From Eledone cirrhosa (taxonomy: Eukaryota), in assembly GCA_964016885.1 (NCBI GenBank), contig OZ024742.1, forward strand, positions 326,988,001-327,052,000: a stretch of 64,000 bases of DNA, read 5' to 3'. Below, in pieces: positions 1-13,804 of this stretch (positions within the stretch are counted from its first letter, which is position 1; every line of letters begins with the position of its first letter). The position numbers were made by a program, and so were the translations under genes. A model generated the notes under the pieces. It was not told where the DNA came from and did no database searches. It saw only the letters and a program-made list of their open reading frames with translations.

Positions 1-328
1 TTGGGTAGGATTTGACGACCTTTGTGGACTGTGGGAGGGAGAGTTCTTGTTCTGGTATTAGAAGGTAAATTCCTTGACATAGCAGTAGACAAAAATGTTG
101 TAGTAGTAGTAGTAGTAGTAGGCAGAGATGTTGGCAGTGGTGATGATTGGACTGCTGGGCCAGAGAAAGGATGTGGCGTTTCATGCTGTGAGACAGAGGC
201 TACTGGGGGGTCAATAGTTTCATTTAGTAGATCGGCCATTGTTGATGAATCAAGGAGTGGTTCACACTGTTGTTGTTGCTGTTGTTGATGTTGTTGTTGT
301 AGCTGTTGTTGATGTTGTTGTTGTAGCT

Positions 329-359
<31 letters not shown>

Positions 360-568
360 TTGCTGTTGTAGCTGCTGTTGTTGTTGTTGCTGCTGCTGGA
401 CAGCATTCGAAGAGAAAACACACCGTAGTTTATCCAAATGTTTATTGATTAATTTAAAAGCAATTTCGATTTGCTTTAATTTATTTTGAATCTGTTGTTC
501 AGATCGAGTTTTCAAAAATTGAACTGTACGTTTAGCAATGTCGTTCAGAGATGAAGCATCTATATTTT
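1..568 (-). CDS. Coding exon (runs off the window start) of an unidentified protein: helical segment, poly-Gln tract, then Pro/Ser/Thr-rich region
   Basis: Acceptor CCTTTCCCAAACAG precedes 568. The frame stays open to base 1: (E)[56 protein letters not shown], ~44 codons of Q with L/H interruptions, then [88 protein letters not shown]. Mixed CAA/CAG codons. Confidence 0.8.
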
Positions 569-597
569 CTGTTTGGGAAAGGCAATGCCATGTGTTT

Positions 598-609
598 ATA
601 TATATATGT

Positions 610-643
<34 letters not shown>

Positions 644-806
644 ATATCTATATCTATATATATCTATATATCTATATATCTATATATCTATATATATATA
701 TATATATATCAAAAATTGAACTGTACGTTTAGCAATGTCGTTCAGAGATGAAGCATCTATATTTTCTGTTTGGGAAAGGCAATGCCATGTGTTTATATAT
801 ATATGT

Positions 807-846
<40 letters not shown>

Positions 847-1115
847 ATATCTATATCTATATCTATATATATCTATATATCTATATATCTATATATATAT
901 ATATATATCTATATATCTATATATATATATATATATATATCTATATATATATATATATATCTATATATATATATATATATCTATATATATCTATATATAT
1001 ATATCTATATATATATATAAATATCTATATATATATATAAATATCTATATATATATATATATATCTATATATATCTATATCTATATATATCTATATATAT
1101 ATATCTATATATATA

Positions 1116-1148
<33 letters not shown>

Positions 1149-1440
1149 ATATCTATATAGATATAGATATATAGATATATCTATATATAGATATATCTAT
1201 ATATAGATATATCTATATATAGATATATCTATATCTATATATAGATATATCTATATATAGATATATCTATATATAGATATATCTATATATAGATATATCT
1301 ATATATATATAGATATATCTATATATAGATATATCTATATATAGATATATCTATATATATATAGATATATATATATATCTATATATAGATATATCTATAT
1401 ATATATAGATATATATATATATCTATATCTATATCTATAT
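598..1440. repeat. Compound (TA)n/(TATATC)n/(GATATA)n microsatellite interrupted by a duplicated exon-boundary segment
   Basis: Direct reading. Confidence 0.95.
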
Positions 1441-1716
1441 ATTGTTATACTTGGGGAGGGTCATATTTGTGTAATATTGCCAGAATTAATAACAGAACAC
1501 ACTCACTGTTTGGTTGGTTTTCGCTTCTCACTGTCTTTTATATCTGCGATCTAACTTAATCGGTCCTCAATGTTGCCATTGACTGACCGACGGTCAAAAA
1601 TAATACAGATACAATAAAAGACAGCGAGAAGCGAAAACCAACCAAACAGTGAGTGTGTTCTGTTATTAATTCTGGCAATATTACACAAATATGACCCTCC
1701 CCAAGTATAACAATAT
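1439..1716. repeat. Foldback inverted repeat: 103-bp arms (1439-1541 / 1614-1716), 72-bp spacer
   Basis: The arms are reverse complements with one mismatch seen. Confidence 0.9.
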
Positions 1717-1756
1717 TTGTTTCGACACACGATTTCATATAAAAAACCTCGCTAAA

Positions 1757-1797
<41 letters not shown>

Positions 1798-1935
1798 CGA
1801 GACAAACCACAAACCCTCCATGTCAATTTTACTTTTGCAAAGCATACAAACTGTGAAACCAGTAAAGGAAATAAATAAATATTCTTAAAAAGGTCCCAGT
1901 TGCATTTTCGATTTCTTTTCCTTATATATATATAT

Positions 1936-3222
1936 AATCATCATCATCATCATCATTTTACGTCCGCTTTTCCCTGCTTGCAAGGGTGGGACGGGTCCCA
2001 TTCAGCACAGAATCTCTCCACTTGTCATGGTCCTTTGTCATCTCCCCCGTGAGTTTCAGCGATCTGAGGTCTGCTCTCACCACCTCCACTCATGTTTTTC
2101 GTGGTCTTCCTCTACTGCATCTTCCTTCTACTGGGATTTCTTGGCACTTCTTTACCCAGCGATCATCTTCCATGCGCATCACATGTCCATACCATCTCAG
2201 TCTTCTCTCCTGCACACCACAACTTATCCCTCTTATACCCAGTTTCTTTCTCAACTCGTCTATGCTTGGTTGTTCACGCACATTGACATTGCACATCCAA
2301 CAGAGCATGCTTGGTTCATCTCTCTCCAGCCGTCGCATATTCTCTGCAATTGCTGCCCATGTCTCACTACCATGCAGCATCGCACATCTAACACAGGCAT
2401 CATATAACCGTCCTTTCGTATGCAGGGAGAAACCCTTCTTTGTCAACAGAGGAAGCAGCTCCCTAAACTTCTTCCAACCCATCCTTATTCTAGATACTAT
2501 GGCCTCGGAACAACACCCCCCCCCCCTCTCCCATGCTAATCTGATCCCCTAGGTACCGGAAGCTATCAACCACTTCTATAGAACCCATCTGCATTGAAAA
2601 AATGTTTCTATCACTGTGGTTACTACTGCCAACTTTCCCTGTACATCTACTGCATATGTAGTTTTCCCTACCTGATAGTTTGCCTGCTATCCCACTACAT
2701 CTCTTGTGTACCCAAGATCTGCATTGCGTACATTTTATGGAATTTATGCCAGTTCCTTTCCTACATATCGAACATGGCCATTTCCCTGATGGAATCAGAG
2801 TATTGTCCTCTCTTCTACTTACCAACTATTTTGTCTTAGCTATGTTCACTCTCAGTCCTCTTGATTCCAACTGCTGTTTCCATAGCCAGAATTTATTCTC
2901 TAGCTCCTCTACTGATTCTGCTATAAGAACCAGATCATCAGCATAGAGAAGTTCCCATGGGCATCCAGTCTTAAACTCCTCTGTTATGGCTTGGAGGACT
3001 ATAATGAACAAGAGCTGGCTGAGGACCAAACCCTGATGTACACCTACTTGTATCTGGAATTCCTCACTAAACTCCATTCCTTCTCTCACTTTACTGACAG
3101 CACCCCTGTACATAGCTTGCACTGTCCTCACAAGCCATTCCTCTACACCTAGTTTCCTTAGGGACCACCAGATGACAGATCAGGGTACCCTATCAAAGGC
3201 CTTCTCTAAGTCAACAAAAGCT
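1936..3222 (-). mobile_element. 5'-truncated RTE-clade LINE relic (RT core, Cys/His finger insert, C-terminal domain, (GAT)n tail)
   Basis: ORFs 2826-3131 (GVHQG..LS.LLF, LLYADDLVL), 2490-2825 (CSIC..CTQC..WVHKRC..CSRC, FRYLG) and 2090-2482 (MLHGSETW, RRLRWYGHVMRM, RGRPRKT). Frameshifted. (ATC)n tail at ~1937-1956. Confidence 0.92.
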
Positions 3223-4054
3223 AAGTATATATATATATATATGTATGTATATATATATATATGTATATGTATGTATATATATGTATATGTGTGTGTGTGT
3301 GTGCGTGTGTGAGAGAGAGAGTGTGTGTGTGTATGTGTTTTTGGCCTAACCTATGCATGCATGGAAAAAACAACTGTAAAAGTCTGACATGTACAAATAT
3401 GTGTGTGTACATTTGTATATTGAAGTACACACTCTTTCAGTCAAGTGAAGTTGGTTAAATATTCTATATGCATACATGCATGCACACACACATATGCTTA
3501 TATGCCTATATACAGATATGCACATACGTTTATATGCATACATACAGATATGTACATATACACAGAAACACACAAATATTCCCTCACACACACACACACA
3601 CACAGACACACACACACATGATAATGGTTTTCTTTCTTCAGGCTATACACCACAGCAACCTCTAACCTAATCTGAACCTGACTCTTAAGGTAACCAAGGA
3701 TCAAGGGCGGGTGGGGTGGGGGTAATCTTCCTGGCAGGAGGGCTGTAGGAAGGGTGGGGTGGGGTAATCTTCCTGGCAGGAGGGTTGTAGGAACAGTGTA
3801 AGTGTGGAAAGGGGGAGTGCATTTAGATAGACAGAACAAAAAAAGATAACAAGAAACACACCTGAGTAACTCATCATAGCCTTACCCCATATACATACCT
3901 CTTCCACCACATCACATTAACCAGGTGAAGGTCAGGTGAAGCTAGGAAAACTGTTGATACTATGTACTTTGATGTTGATGGTGTGGGAGAAGAAAGTAAG
4001 GCAAAGCCTATTTTCTTCATCATAAAAATTCCGCTTTCTCAATAATAATAATAA

Positions 4055-4790
4055 TAATTGTTTCTACTTTTGGCACAGGGCCGGCAATCACCCAGTGCAT
4101 TACTGGTACTTTATTTTATCGACCCCGTAAGGATGACAGCCAAAGTTAACCTCGGCGGGATTTGAACTCAGAACGTAAAGGTGTTATAACTCTATGCTGC
4201 AAAGCATGGTGTCTAACGCTATACTGATACTGCCAAATGATGATTACAGATGTAGGCACAAGGCCAGCAATTTTGGGGTAAGGGGAAAAGTCGATTATGT
4301 CAACCCTAGTGTGTTACTGCTACTTTATTTTATCAATCCGTAAGGATGAAAGGCATATCTAACCTCAGCAGGATCTGAACTCAGAACGTAAAGGGACATA
4401 ACTATGCTGCAACGCATAATAATAGAGATTTTTATTGGCGACAAGAGCACACTACATTGGGGACAATACAAAAAACTAAAATCACCACAAGTTGGGATTT
4501 ACATTCAGAAAAGGGAGAGGGAAATCAGACAAAGAGAAAACAACATATTTAACAATAACAATAATAATTTCTACTAAAGGCGCATGGCCAGCAATTTTTT
4601 GCTAACCTCGGCAGGATTTGAACTCAATAACAATAATGGTAATAAATAGTAATAATTGTTTCTACATTTGGCACAAGGCCAGCAATTACCCAGTACATTA
4701 CTGGTACTTTATTTTATCGACCTCGTAAGGATGAAAGGCAAAGTCAACCTCGACGGGATTTGAACTCAGACCATAAAGGGCCGTAACTAA
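4055..4790 (-). mobile_element. Cluster of 3-4 tRNA-derived SINE copies and fragments
   Basis: Repeated reverse complement of the family core GTTCAAATCC..CCGAGGTTAACTTTGCCTTTCATCCTTACGGGGTCGATAAAATAAAGTACCAGT..GGCCTTGTGCCAAAAGTAGAAACAATT. Confidence 0.85.
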
Positions 4791-5405
4791 ATAGGAAAAA
4801 TTTAGTTCTCTCCTCCAAATTAATCTCACATCAAGGGCATTCGATATGGAGACTGCCCTATCTCAGTTTCAGACCTGCCAACCTCTAAAAACCCAAATGA
4901 GTAGTTCAATGAAAAAAAGCGCTGCAAAACGGGGAGAAATGAGGCAAATGGAGAGATTTTACATAATGAAAGCTATCCCCATTTTCACAAGAGAAGACAA
5001 CTCTCACCCACCCCAAAGTGGAAGGGATATCTCCCTGGGGTGGGGGAGTGGACAGGTCTGCAGTTTCTTTCCTCCAGCCTAAAACAAACATACTGTAAGT
5101 CTCAGCAGTGTCACCCCTATCACCTATCTTTCATAAAACACAATAGAATGCAGCACCTTCTTCCCTACCTCTTCAAATGGTACTTGAAGTTGATGATGGC
5201 TTGGCCAGGAACAGCCGATTCCTGTCCTCAAACCTTTTAACCAAGTCCACCATAACAGATTCTTTTGCTCTAGCTATCAGACAAAGGAAGACTTTCTACC
5301 CTTCCTTTCTAAAGGAAGGTGGTGGTTCAATTTTCCCTATAGACTTGACTGATAGCCAGATCTGTCTTACACATAAGAGAAATTTGACAGATGCCCATAC
5401 ATTTA

Positions 5406-5570
5406 CAATGCACGCACTGGACAATAGTGTATAGACACTATCGTATAGAGGGCACTAATTTGATTGTCCTGGACATGTTTGATACCTGTCCATAAATTTA
5501 CAATGGACACACTGGACAATAGTGTATAGACACAATCGTATAGAGGGCACTATTTTGATATTGCTGGACA
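5406..5570. repeat. Two-copy tandem duplication (~91 bp)
   Basis: CACTGGACAATAGTGTATAGACAC.ATCGTATAGAGGGCACTA occurs twice. Confidence 0.85.
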
Positions 5571-6406
5571 CATCTCAAAACAGGTTTGCCTATTAGCACT
5601 TCCATAATTGTGCAGCATGTCTCAAACATTAACTTTGCCTTTCATCCTTAATGGGTCGATAAAATAAAGTACCAGTAATGCACTGAGTAATTTCTGGCCT
5701 TGTGCCAAAAGTAGAAACAAATTATTGAACACCTGAAGGTAGAGATATACAAAGACTCACTAACTTGAGAGAGAGAAAGAGATAAAGTCTGGCAAAGAGA
5801 AAGAGAGGAAGAACTGACCCATCCAGAATAACAGAGGCGACTGTGATCTAATTTCAACAGGTCACTGTGACATGCAATGAATATAATAAAATAACAGACA
5901 TATCTTATTCATCTGAATTTAACAAATAGTCAGGCACACTCACACCATTTGTGTGCATTTACAGAATCTTGCAGACAGAATCACAAAGACACATACATAA
6001 TCAAATACACACACACACACAAAGAAACAAACATGATTACAAACACAAATATACATGAAACTTATACAAGACAAACAATCACAAAATTTATTTACAAAAG
6101 ACAAAAATATAAACAAAAATAAAATACACAAACATAACTAGAGAGATCTGGACAACTAGCCTCTGGATAATGTTACTTTGGCAGCAGAAACAGTAAACCA
6201 TTTGGACATTTAACTCAAGTGATGAATTGGCTGAATCATCAAGGCAGTGAACTGGTAAAGTCTTTAGGGCATCAGATTAAATTTTTCAGTATTTGTTCTG
6301 GTTCACTTCACTAGGTGTAAAAACCAGCTAAGGTCAACTTTATCATTCTTCCTTTCAAGGTCAATAAATAATGTAGCAGTCCAGAAGCAGTGGATTGATG
6401 GAATTG

Positions 6407-6610
6407 TTAACCCTAGCATTTACATTATATATACTATTATATTCTCTTAGCAAAGGCTTTACCTCACATAATATTGGACCTATGAGATTTTGATATTAAT
6501 TTTGAGAACAATACCTTAACATCAGTACGAGCGGCCAGTTACAGCTGGTTTGAACAGAAAGAGATGAGAGAATTCTGGCCAGATACGGCTGATTTAAATG
6601 CTAAAGAGTT
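6407..6610. mobile_element. piggyBac-like MITE (family also at 14826-15054 and 31838-32042)
   Basis: TTAA-CCCT(TT)AGCATT at one end and AATGCTAAAG(G/A)GTT at the other. Shared internal GAGAATTCTGGCCAGATA.GGCTG. Confidence 0.65.
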
Positions 6611-6802
6611 GTCAGGATGCTTGGCAGTATTTGATCTGATGCTGGGCGTTTAAATACCACCTACTTCAGAGCCAGGTGTTGTGACCAACAGATAGTATCA
6701 GCAATGAAAAGACCAATGGAAACATTATTTCCTTGGTCTAGTCAATCAGTTGCTTTCCTTTCTTTTTATAATACTTGCTCACTGACTACAAGTTGCAATT
6801 GG

Positions 6803-7413
6803 TTAACACTTTTGTTACCAAATCCATACACAATTGCATATTTTAAAGTGTTCATATTTATCTAAAAACCTTCCTTCATTATTTCATGTAGGATTGGCAG
6901 TAGCAGTAAAGCATTTGACACAATGCTTCGGAGCATAGAGTTACCTTCCTTTACGTTCTGAGTTCAAATCCTGCTGAGGTTAACTTTACCTTTCATCCTT
7001 ACAGGGTCAATAAAATAAAGTACCAGTAACACACTTGGGTCAATTTAATCGACTTTTCTCTCTCTCAAAAATTGTTTTTAATTTAGAAAATAATCAGGAA
7101 TTTGGTTTAGTAACATACTTTCTTATGAAATTGGTGTTTAGAATGTAATTTAACAGAAGTTCTTACATAAAATTACGATGGAAGTTTTTATATAAATATG
7201 ACTACTTTGAAACAAACAGTTTTATATCATAAAACAAACGGTGATTTCAGGCAATTTTGTTTGAAAAGAGTTAAGTGCTGTTCCAAACATGAGCTTACTA
7301 ATGGAGAAGTTAAGTATTTTACTAAATTCTTTCAAAATGTTAATTATTTTCAAAATTATTTTAACAACATAGGCAGTGTATTTCACAAGAAATCTAGTAA
7401 CAAAAGGGTTAAA
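6803..7413. mobile_element. Second piggyBac-like MITE with a nested SINE (~6893-7070, +)
   Basis: Ends TTAACACTTTTGTTAC and GTAACAAAAGGGTTAA, with the SINE core inside. A related element, also with a nested SINE, lies at ~31000-31397. Confidence 0.5.
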
Positions 7414-8129
7414 AAGTTTACTTAAGGCTCTGGGTTCAGTCCCACTGTGTAGCATCTTGGGCAAGTGTCTTATTTTAGCCTCAGGTTGACCCAAGCCAGG
7501 TAAGTGAAATTGTGTAGATGGAAACTATAGGATAGACTGTACATGTAATACAAAGGGCTAACCTTGTCACACTCTGTGATACACAGAATCTCTTGATACT
7601 TACATTATGGGTACATCTATCTATGGAATACTCAGTCACTTAAAAGTTAATTTAAATGAGTAGGTCACTACATTGAACAACTGGAACAATCATCATGGAA
7701 ACTGACTGATGCCTATTTATCTTTTGACTGAATCCAAATGTGATATAGACCAATGTTGCTCATACATGGTGTGGTTTATCCCTAGGTCAGTGCAGATCAA
7801 GTAAACCTATGATCAAAGGCATTCCAGAAATGTCCAATTCAGCATATTTTCGGGCAATGTACTCAGGACAACACATCTGGCCATATTGTTAACCATTTCA
7901 TTGTCATATTTCTAATAAAATACACTGTATTTTAATTAATTACTGAAGAATTTGGAGAGATTTACTAAAATGATTTCAATAATTAAGATGGTATTTTTAA
8001 CATAACAATAGGTTCTTATATAAAATTATGTTGGAAGATTTTAATGTAAATTGGAACTGTTTAAAATGGATGGCTTTGATCCATAACAATAGGGGTGGTT
8101 TGGGGAGGGTTGGTATAAAGTCAGGATAA

Positions 8130-8760
8130 ATGAAGAGTGAAGGTAAACAACAAAGAGTGAAGGTAAGAGAAGATTGGATGTAAACAAAGAAAGTAAAGAA
8201 AGAGAGTAAAGGTAAAAGAGAAGAAGAGTGGAGGTAAACAAGGAAGAGTTGAGGTAAAAAGATGAATGGGGGTAAACAAAGAAGAGTGGAGGTCAACAAA
8301 GAATGGATGTAAATAAAGAAGAGTGGCGGTAATAGAAGAGTAGACATAAAGAGTAGACATAATAGGAGAGTGAAGGTAAGTGTAGAGTGGAGCTAATAAA
8401 AGAAGAGTGAGGGCAATAGAAGGATGGAGGTAATAGACAATGAAGGTAATAGAAGATTGGAGATAAGAGCAGAGTGAGATCGATAGAAGAGTAGAGGTAA
8501 TAGAAGAGGTAAACAAAGAGCGGAGGTAAGAGTAGAGGTAAACAAAGAGTGGAGGTAAGAGTAGAGGTAAACAAAGAAGAATGGAGGCAATAAAGAGTGG
8601 AGGTGATAGAAGAGTGGTTCCAATAGAAGATTGGAGGTAAGAGTGAGTGAGGTAAGAGAAGAATGGAGGTAAGGGTAGAGAGGTAAACAAAGAAGAGTGG
8701 AGGCAATAGAAGAGTGAGACAGTAAAAAAAGAAAAAAAAAGAAAGAGAAAAAGAGAAAAA
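8130..8760. repeat. Purine-rich degenerate minisatellite (AGAAGAGTGGAGGTAA-like units)
   Basis: Direct reading; strong purine strand bias. Confidence 0.9.
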
Positions 8761-8949
8761 GACAGAATTAACTTGATGACATTGTTACTGTTGAAAGAGT
8801 AAGAAAATTAAAATCAGACTCACAACCCTGACCCCACTCACAACCCTGACCCCACTCCTCAAACACAGACTGTCAACAATAGTAGAGGGGAATTAAAACA
8901 CACACCAACACCTATATCAGTAATTTATGCCAACCTAACCAATGACCTC

Positions 8950-11100
8950 ACACACACATACAGACACAATATATACACATACAGACACAATATATACACA
9001 TACAGACACAATATACACATACAGTCACAATATATACACATACAGTCACAATATACACACATTCAGTCACAATATATACATAGACACAATATATACATAC
9101 AGACACAATATATACACATACAGTCACAATATATACACATACAGTCACAATAAATACACATACAGACAATATATACACATACAGACACAATATATACATA
9201 TACAGACAATATACACACATACAGACACAATATACACACATACAGACACAATATATACACATACAGACACAATATATACATACAGACAATATATACACAT
9301 ACAGACACAATATACACATACAGACACAATATACACACACATACAGTCACAATACATACATACAGACACAATATATACACATACAGACAATATATATACA
9401 CATACAGACACAATATATACACATACAGACACAATATATACATATACAGACAATATATACACATACAGACACAATATATACACATACAGACACAATATAT
9501 ACATACAGACAATATATACACATACAGACACAATATACACACACATACAGTCACAATACATACATACAGACACAATATATACATATACAGTCACAATATA
9601 TACACATACAGACACAATATATACTCATACAGACACAATATATACACATACAGACACAATATATACACATACAGACACAATATATACACATACAGACACA
9701 ATATATACACATACAGACAATATATACACATACAGACACAATATATACATATACAGACAATATATACACATACAGAAATATATACATACAGACACGATAT
9801 ATACACATACAGACAATATATACACATACAGACAATATATACATATACAGACGCAATATACACACATACAGACAATATACACACATACAGTCACAATATA
9901 TACATACAGACACAATATATATACATACAGACACAATATATATACATACAGACACAATATATACATACATACACAATATATATACATACAGTCACAATAT
10001 ATATACATACAGTCACAATATATACAGACAATATACACACATACATATACAGACACAATATACACACATACAGACACAATATACACACATACAGACACAA
10101 TATACACATACAGACAATATATACACATACAGACACAATATATATACATACAGACAATATATATACATACAGACAATATATATACATACAGACAATATAT
10201 ATACATACAGACACAATATATACATACAGACACAATATATATACATACAGTCACAATATATACATACAGTCACAATATATACATACAGACACAATATATA
10301 TACATACAGACACAATATATACAGACAGACACAATATATATACATACAGTCACAATATATACATACATACACAATATATATACATACAGTCACAATATAT
10401 ACATACAGGCACAATATATACACATACAGGCACAATATATACACATACAGACACAATATATACATACAGATACAATATATACATACAGACGCAATATATA
10501 CATACAGACGCAATATATACATACAGTCACAATATATACATACATACACAATATATATACATACACAATATATATACATACAGTCACAATATATACATAC
10601 AGGCACAATATATACATACAGATACAATATATACATACAGACGCAATATATACATATACAGACACAATATATACACATACAGACACAATATAAACACATG
10701 CAGACAATATATACACATACAGACACAATATACACGCATACAGACACAATATATACATACAGTCACAATATATAAACATACAGACACAATATACACATAC
10801 AGACACAATATATACACATACAGACACAATATATACACATACAGACACAATATATATATAGACACAATATATATATAGACACAATATACACACACATACA
10901 GTCAATATATACACATACAGACACAATATATACACATACAGACACAATATATACATATACAGACACTATATATACATATACAGACACTATATATACATAT
11001 ACAGACACTATATATACATATACAGACACTATATATACATATACAGACACTATATATACATATACAGACACTATATATACACATACAGACACAATATATA
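8950..11100. repeat. ~21-bp minisatellite (CATACAGACACAATATATACA) with variants; resumes at ~13805-13945
   Basis: About 100 variant units; explains the YTHTDTI-type ORFs. Confidence 0.97.
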
Positions 11101-13804
11101 ATAATAATAATGAAATATTGTGTACAGTGCTCAGGTGCACTACAACTCATCAAAAAGTGATGTATAGTACATAGGGTAATGTACAAACATCTGGAAAATG
11201 AACAGTGCACGAGTCATGATACACACATGTGTGCATGTGTATGGAAGGGGTACATCAGGTGTAGTTTTGGCATATTTCAGGAAGCATGAGTGTTTTAAAG
11301 GATGCAGTGTCGCGGCAGCTAACAACTGATGCAGGCAGTTTGTTCCATGCTTCAGCAACTCTGAGCGTGAAAAAATGTTTACGAAAGTCATGGGAGCTGT
11401 GCTGTTTTCTGATTTTGTAGGCATGTCCACGTGTGTTAGACACATGGAGATCAAAAAGGTGCTCAGGGTTGCAATTGCCGAGATGGTTAATAATTTTCTG
11501 GGTATTTACCAAGTCCATTGCCAGACGTCGGAGCTTCAATGAATCCATGCCCAGGGAAGCAAGGCGTTCAGAGTATGGTAGGTGTCTGATGGAGGGTATG
11601 CGCTTGGTTGCACGTCTCTGAACAGTTTCCAGGAGGTCAATGTTCTGAGCAAGATAGGGGTTCCAGACTGATGATGCGAATTCCAAGTGTGGTCGTACCA
11701 TAGCTGTATACAGTTTTAAATAGATGGCTGGAGAGCGGCTAACAAAGGTCTTGCTGAGTGATGCCAAGACATCCTTGGCCTTCTTGACAATCTTAGATAC
11801 ATGCTTTGTCCAACGCAAATCGCTGCTGACAGTAATGCCCAGGTCACGTTCACAAGAGGACTTCTTGATATCAGTGTTGTGGAGGGAGTATGTGGACGCT
11901 GGATTTTTCCTCCAAAAATGCATGGTGGTACACTTGTCCACAGCCAGCTTCAGTTGCCAGTCTGTGATCCATTGCTGCATTGTGTCCAGGTCTGATTGTA
12001 GGAAAGAGTTGTAGATTTCAGGATCAGTCCTTTTGATTTCAAGGTACAGCTTGATGTCATCTGCATATTTCAGTACCGTGCCATTCTGTAAGTTGGCATC
12101 TATGTCATTAATATATGCCACAAACAAAAGGGGACCAAGAACAGATCCCTGTGGTACACCAGATGACATCTCATATGGTGAAGAATGCTGTCCTAGAACC
12201 GTGACTACTTCTTTTCGGCTGAGAATGAAGGATTTCAACCAGTCGAAAAGATCATCCTTCACACCCATTGCAGAGAGTTTTGCCATAAGTCTTTTGTGTG
12301 GCACAGAATTAAAAGCCTTAGCAAAGTCAAGGTAAACAACATCCACCCATGAGCCGCTGTCAGTGATCCGGGTGATGTCTTCAAGGAACTCGATAAGCTG
12401 ATCACAACAGCTGGAGTGAGGGATAAATCCAAACTGTGAGGGCCAGAAGAGGCTGTGAGAGCTCCAGAAGTTCCAAAGTGTTTCTCTAATACAGGATTCC
12501 ATCAGTTTGGCCATACAGCTAGTAAGACTGACTGGACGATAGTTGACAGGTGACATGCGGTTGCCCTTTTTGAACAGGAGAATGACACTGGCAGTTTTCC
12601 ACTGCTCCGGAGTAGCACCATTGTTGAGACAGTATTGAAAGAAAAAAGAAAGCTGGCGCAAAAGGAAATACCCGCCACGTTTGAGAAGCAGGTATGTAAC
12701 ACCATCAAGACCAGGGGAGGCATAGTTGCGCTTATTCTTAAGGTGACGTCGCAACATTGCAGGTGTAAATTCCATAGTTGCTATGGAATTTGATGTTAGA
12801 GATGGTGGAGATGGTACATTCTGGTTTTCAACAGTAAAAATACTTGCTTAGCACTCAGCAATGAGTTCTGCGCGTTCTTTGGGATCGTCAGTGATCTGGC
12901 TTGTGTGGGGATTGCGAAGAGGACCAACTGGAGAGTGAGGTCTCTGCTTTGAATGAACATATTTCTAGAACACCTTACTGTCAGGATTGGTTGCTATGCA
13001 CTGTTCAAATTCAAGCACTGCCTTCTTTGTCACTTGCTTGAGATAGTTAGAAGATTTATTCCGCTTTTTTCTGTTGGCATCTGATTTATGCAGTTTATAT
13101 TCCCGTTCAGCGTTCCAACGTTCTTTCCTGGCAAGTTGGACTGCTGAAGTTTCCCAAATTGCACTTTTGGGGTGGTTTTTTTTCTGCTTACGTGGCACCG
13201 ATGCTGCACACGCTATCCATATTGAGTCCAGGATGCTCTGGAGTATAGTGTTCACATCTCCAGAGTTATACATCTCATGCCAGTTTGGGCGCTGTAGCTC
13301 AGTGCAGTACAAGTTCCAATCTGCTTTCTTCCAATCAAAGAAAGCAGATTGGAGATGGCTCTGGTTTTTGTTGCTGTCCGCAAGTGCCAGATTGGCAATG
13401 ATCATAGCATGATCAGAGTCGCCTAGAGGTTCCTCAGTAGTACAACTGATAACCACTTCAGGAGTAGTGGTGAAGATCAGGTCCAAAGTGTTGTCACCTC
13501 TTGTTGGAGAGGTGACTACTTGTGACCAGTTTGAGTCCAGCACTAGTTCAAGGAAATCGTTTGCACCTTGTGGCCAACGAAAGGTTTCCCAATCGATCTC
13601 AGGATGATTGAAGTCACCTGCAATAAACACATAAGTGGCTGTTTTCTTGGCAGCAACTCTGAGGATATCGCAAAGCTGTGTGTCCTGATGGTAGTTTGGG
13701 GGGCGATAAACAACACCAAGCAGAAGTGTTGACATGGTCATATGTATGTCACAGAAAAAAACTTCTTCCTGTGATTCGTTCAAATCAACGCAAGGAATTA
13801 CCAA
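11100..13804 (-). mobile_element. Young 5'-truncated CR1/L2-group LINE (ORF2: C-terminal part of APE endonuclease plus RT), inserted in the minisatellite
   Basis: APE motifs YRPP, GDFNHP, PTRGDNTLDL, SDH. RT motifs NYRPVSLTS, QFGF, YLDFAKAF, GVPQGSVLGP, YADD, RDLG. One reading frame from ~13800 to 11255 broken only by TAG (12965-12967) and TAA (12848-12850). (TTA)n tail at ~11100-11112. Confidence 0.93.

Noticed and set aside
22-448. ORF-track calls 22-288 (+), 239-448 (+, poly-Val) and 224-421 (-, poly-Asn)
   Set aside because: Alternative frames of the CAA/CAG tract. The real frame is the minus-strand poly-Gln frame, open from the acceptor at 568 to the window start.
4906-5340. Possible extra exons with AG/GT-like boundaries on the minus strand
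   Set aside because: 4940-5040 matches a dispersed repeat also present at ~30235-30330, and 5168-5340 has stops and resembles a decayed LINE C-terminus. No clean phase-compatible frame was found.
8121-8706. Leu/Pro/Ser-rich minus-strand ORFs
   Set aside because: Products of the purine-rich minisatellite.
8942-10693. 583-aa ORF and many overlapping YTHTDTI / CVYIVS ORFs
   Set aside because: Translations of a stop-poor 21-bp minisatellite; no coding signal.
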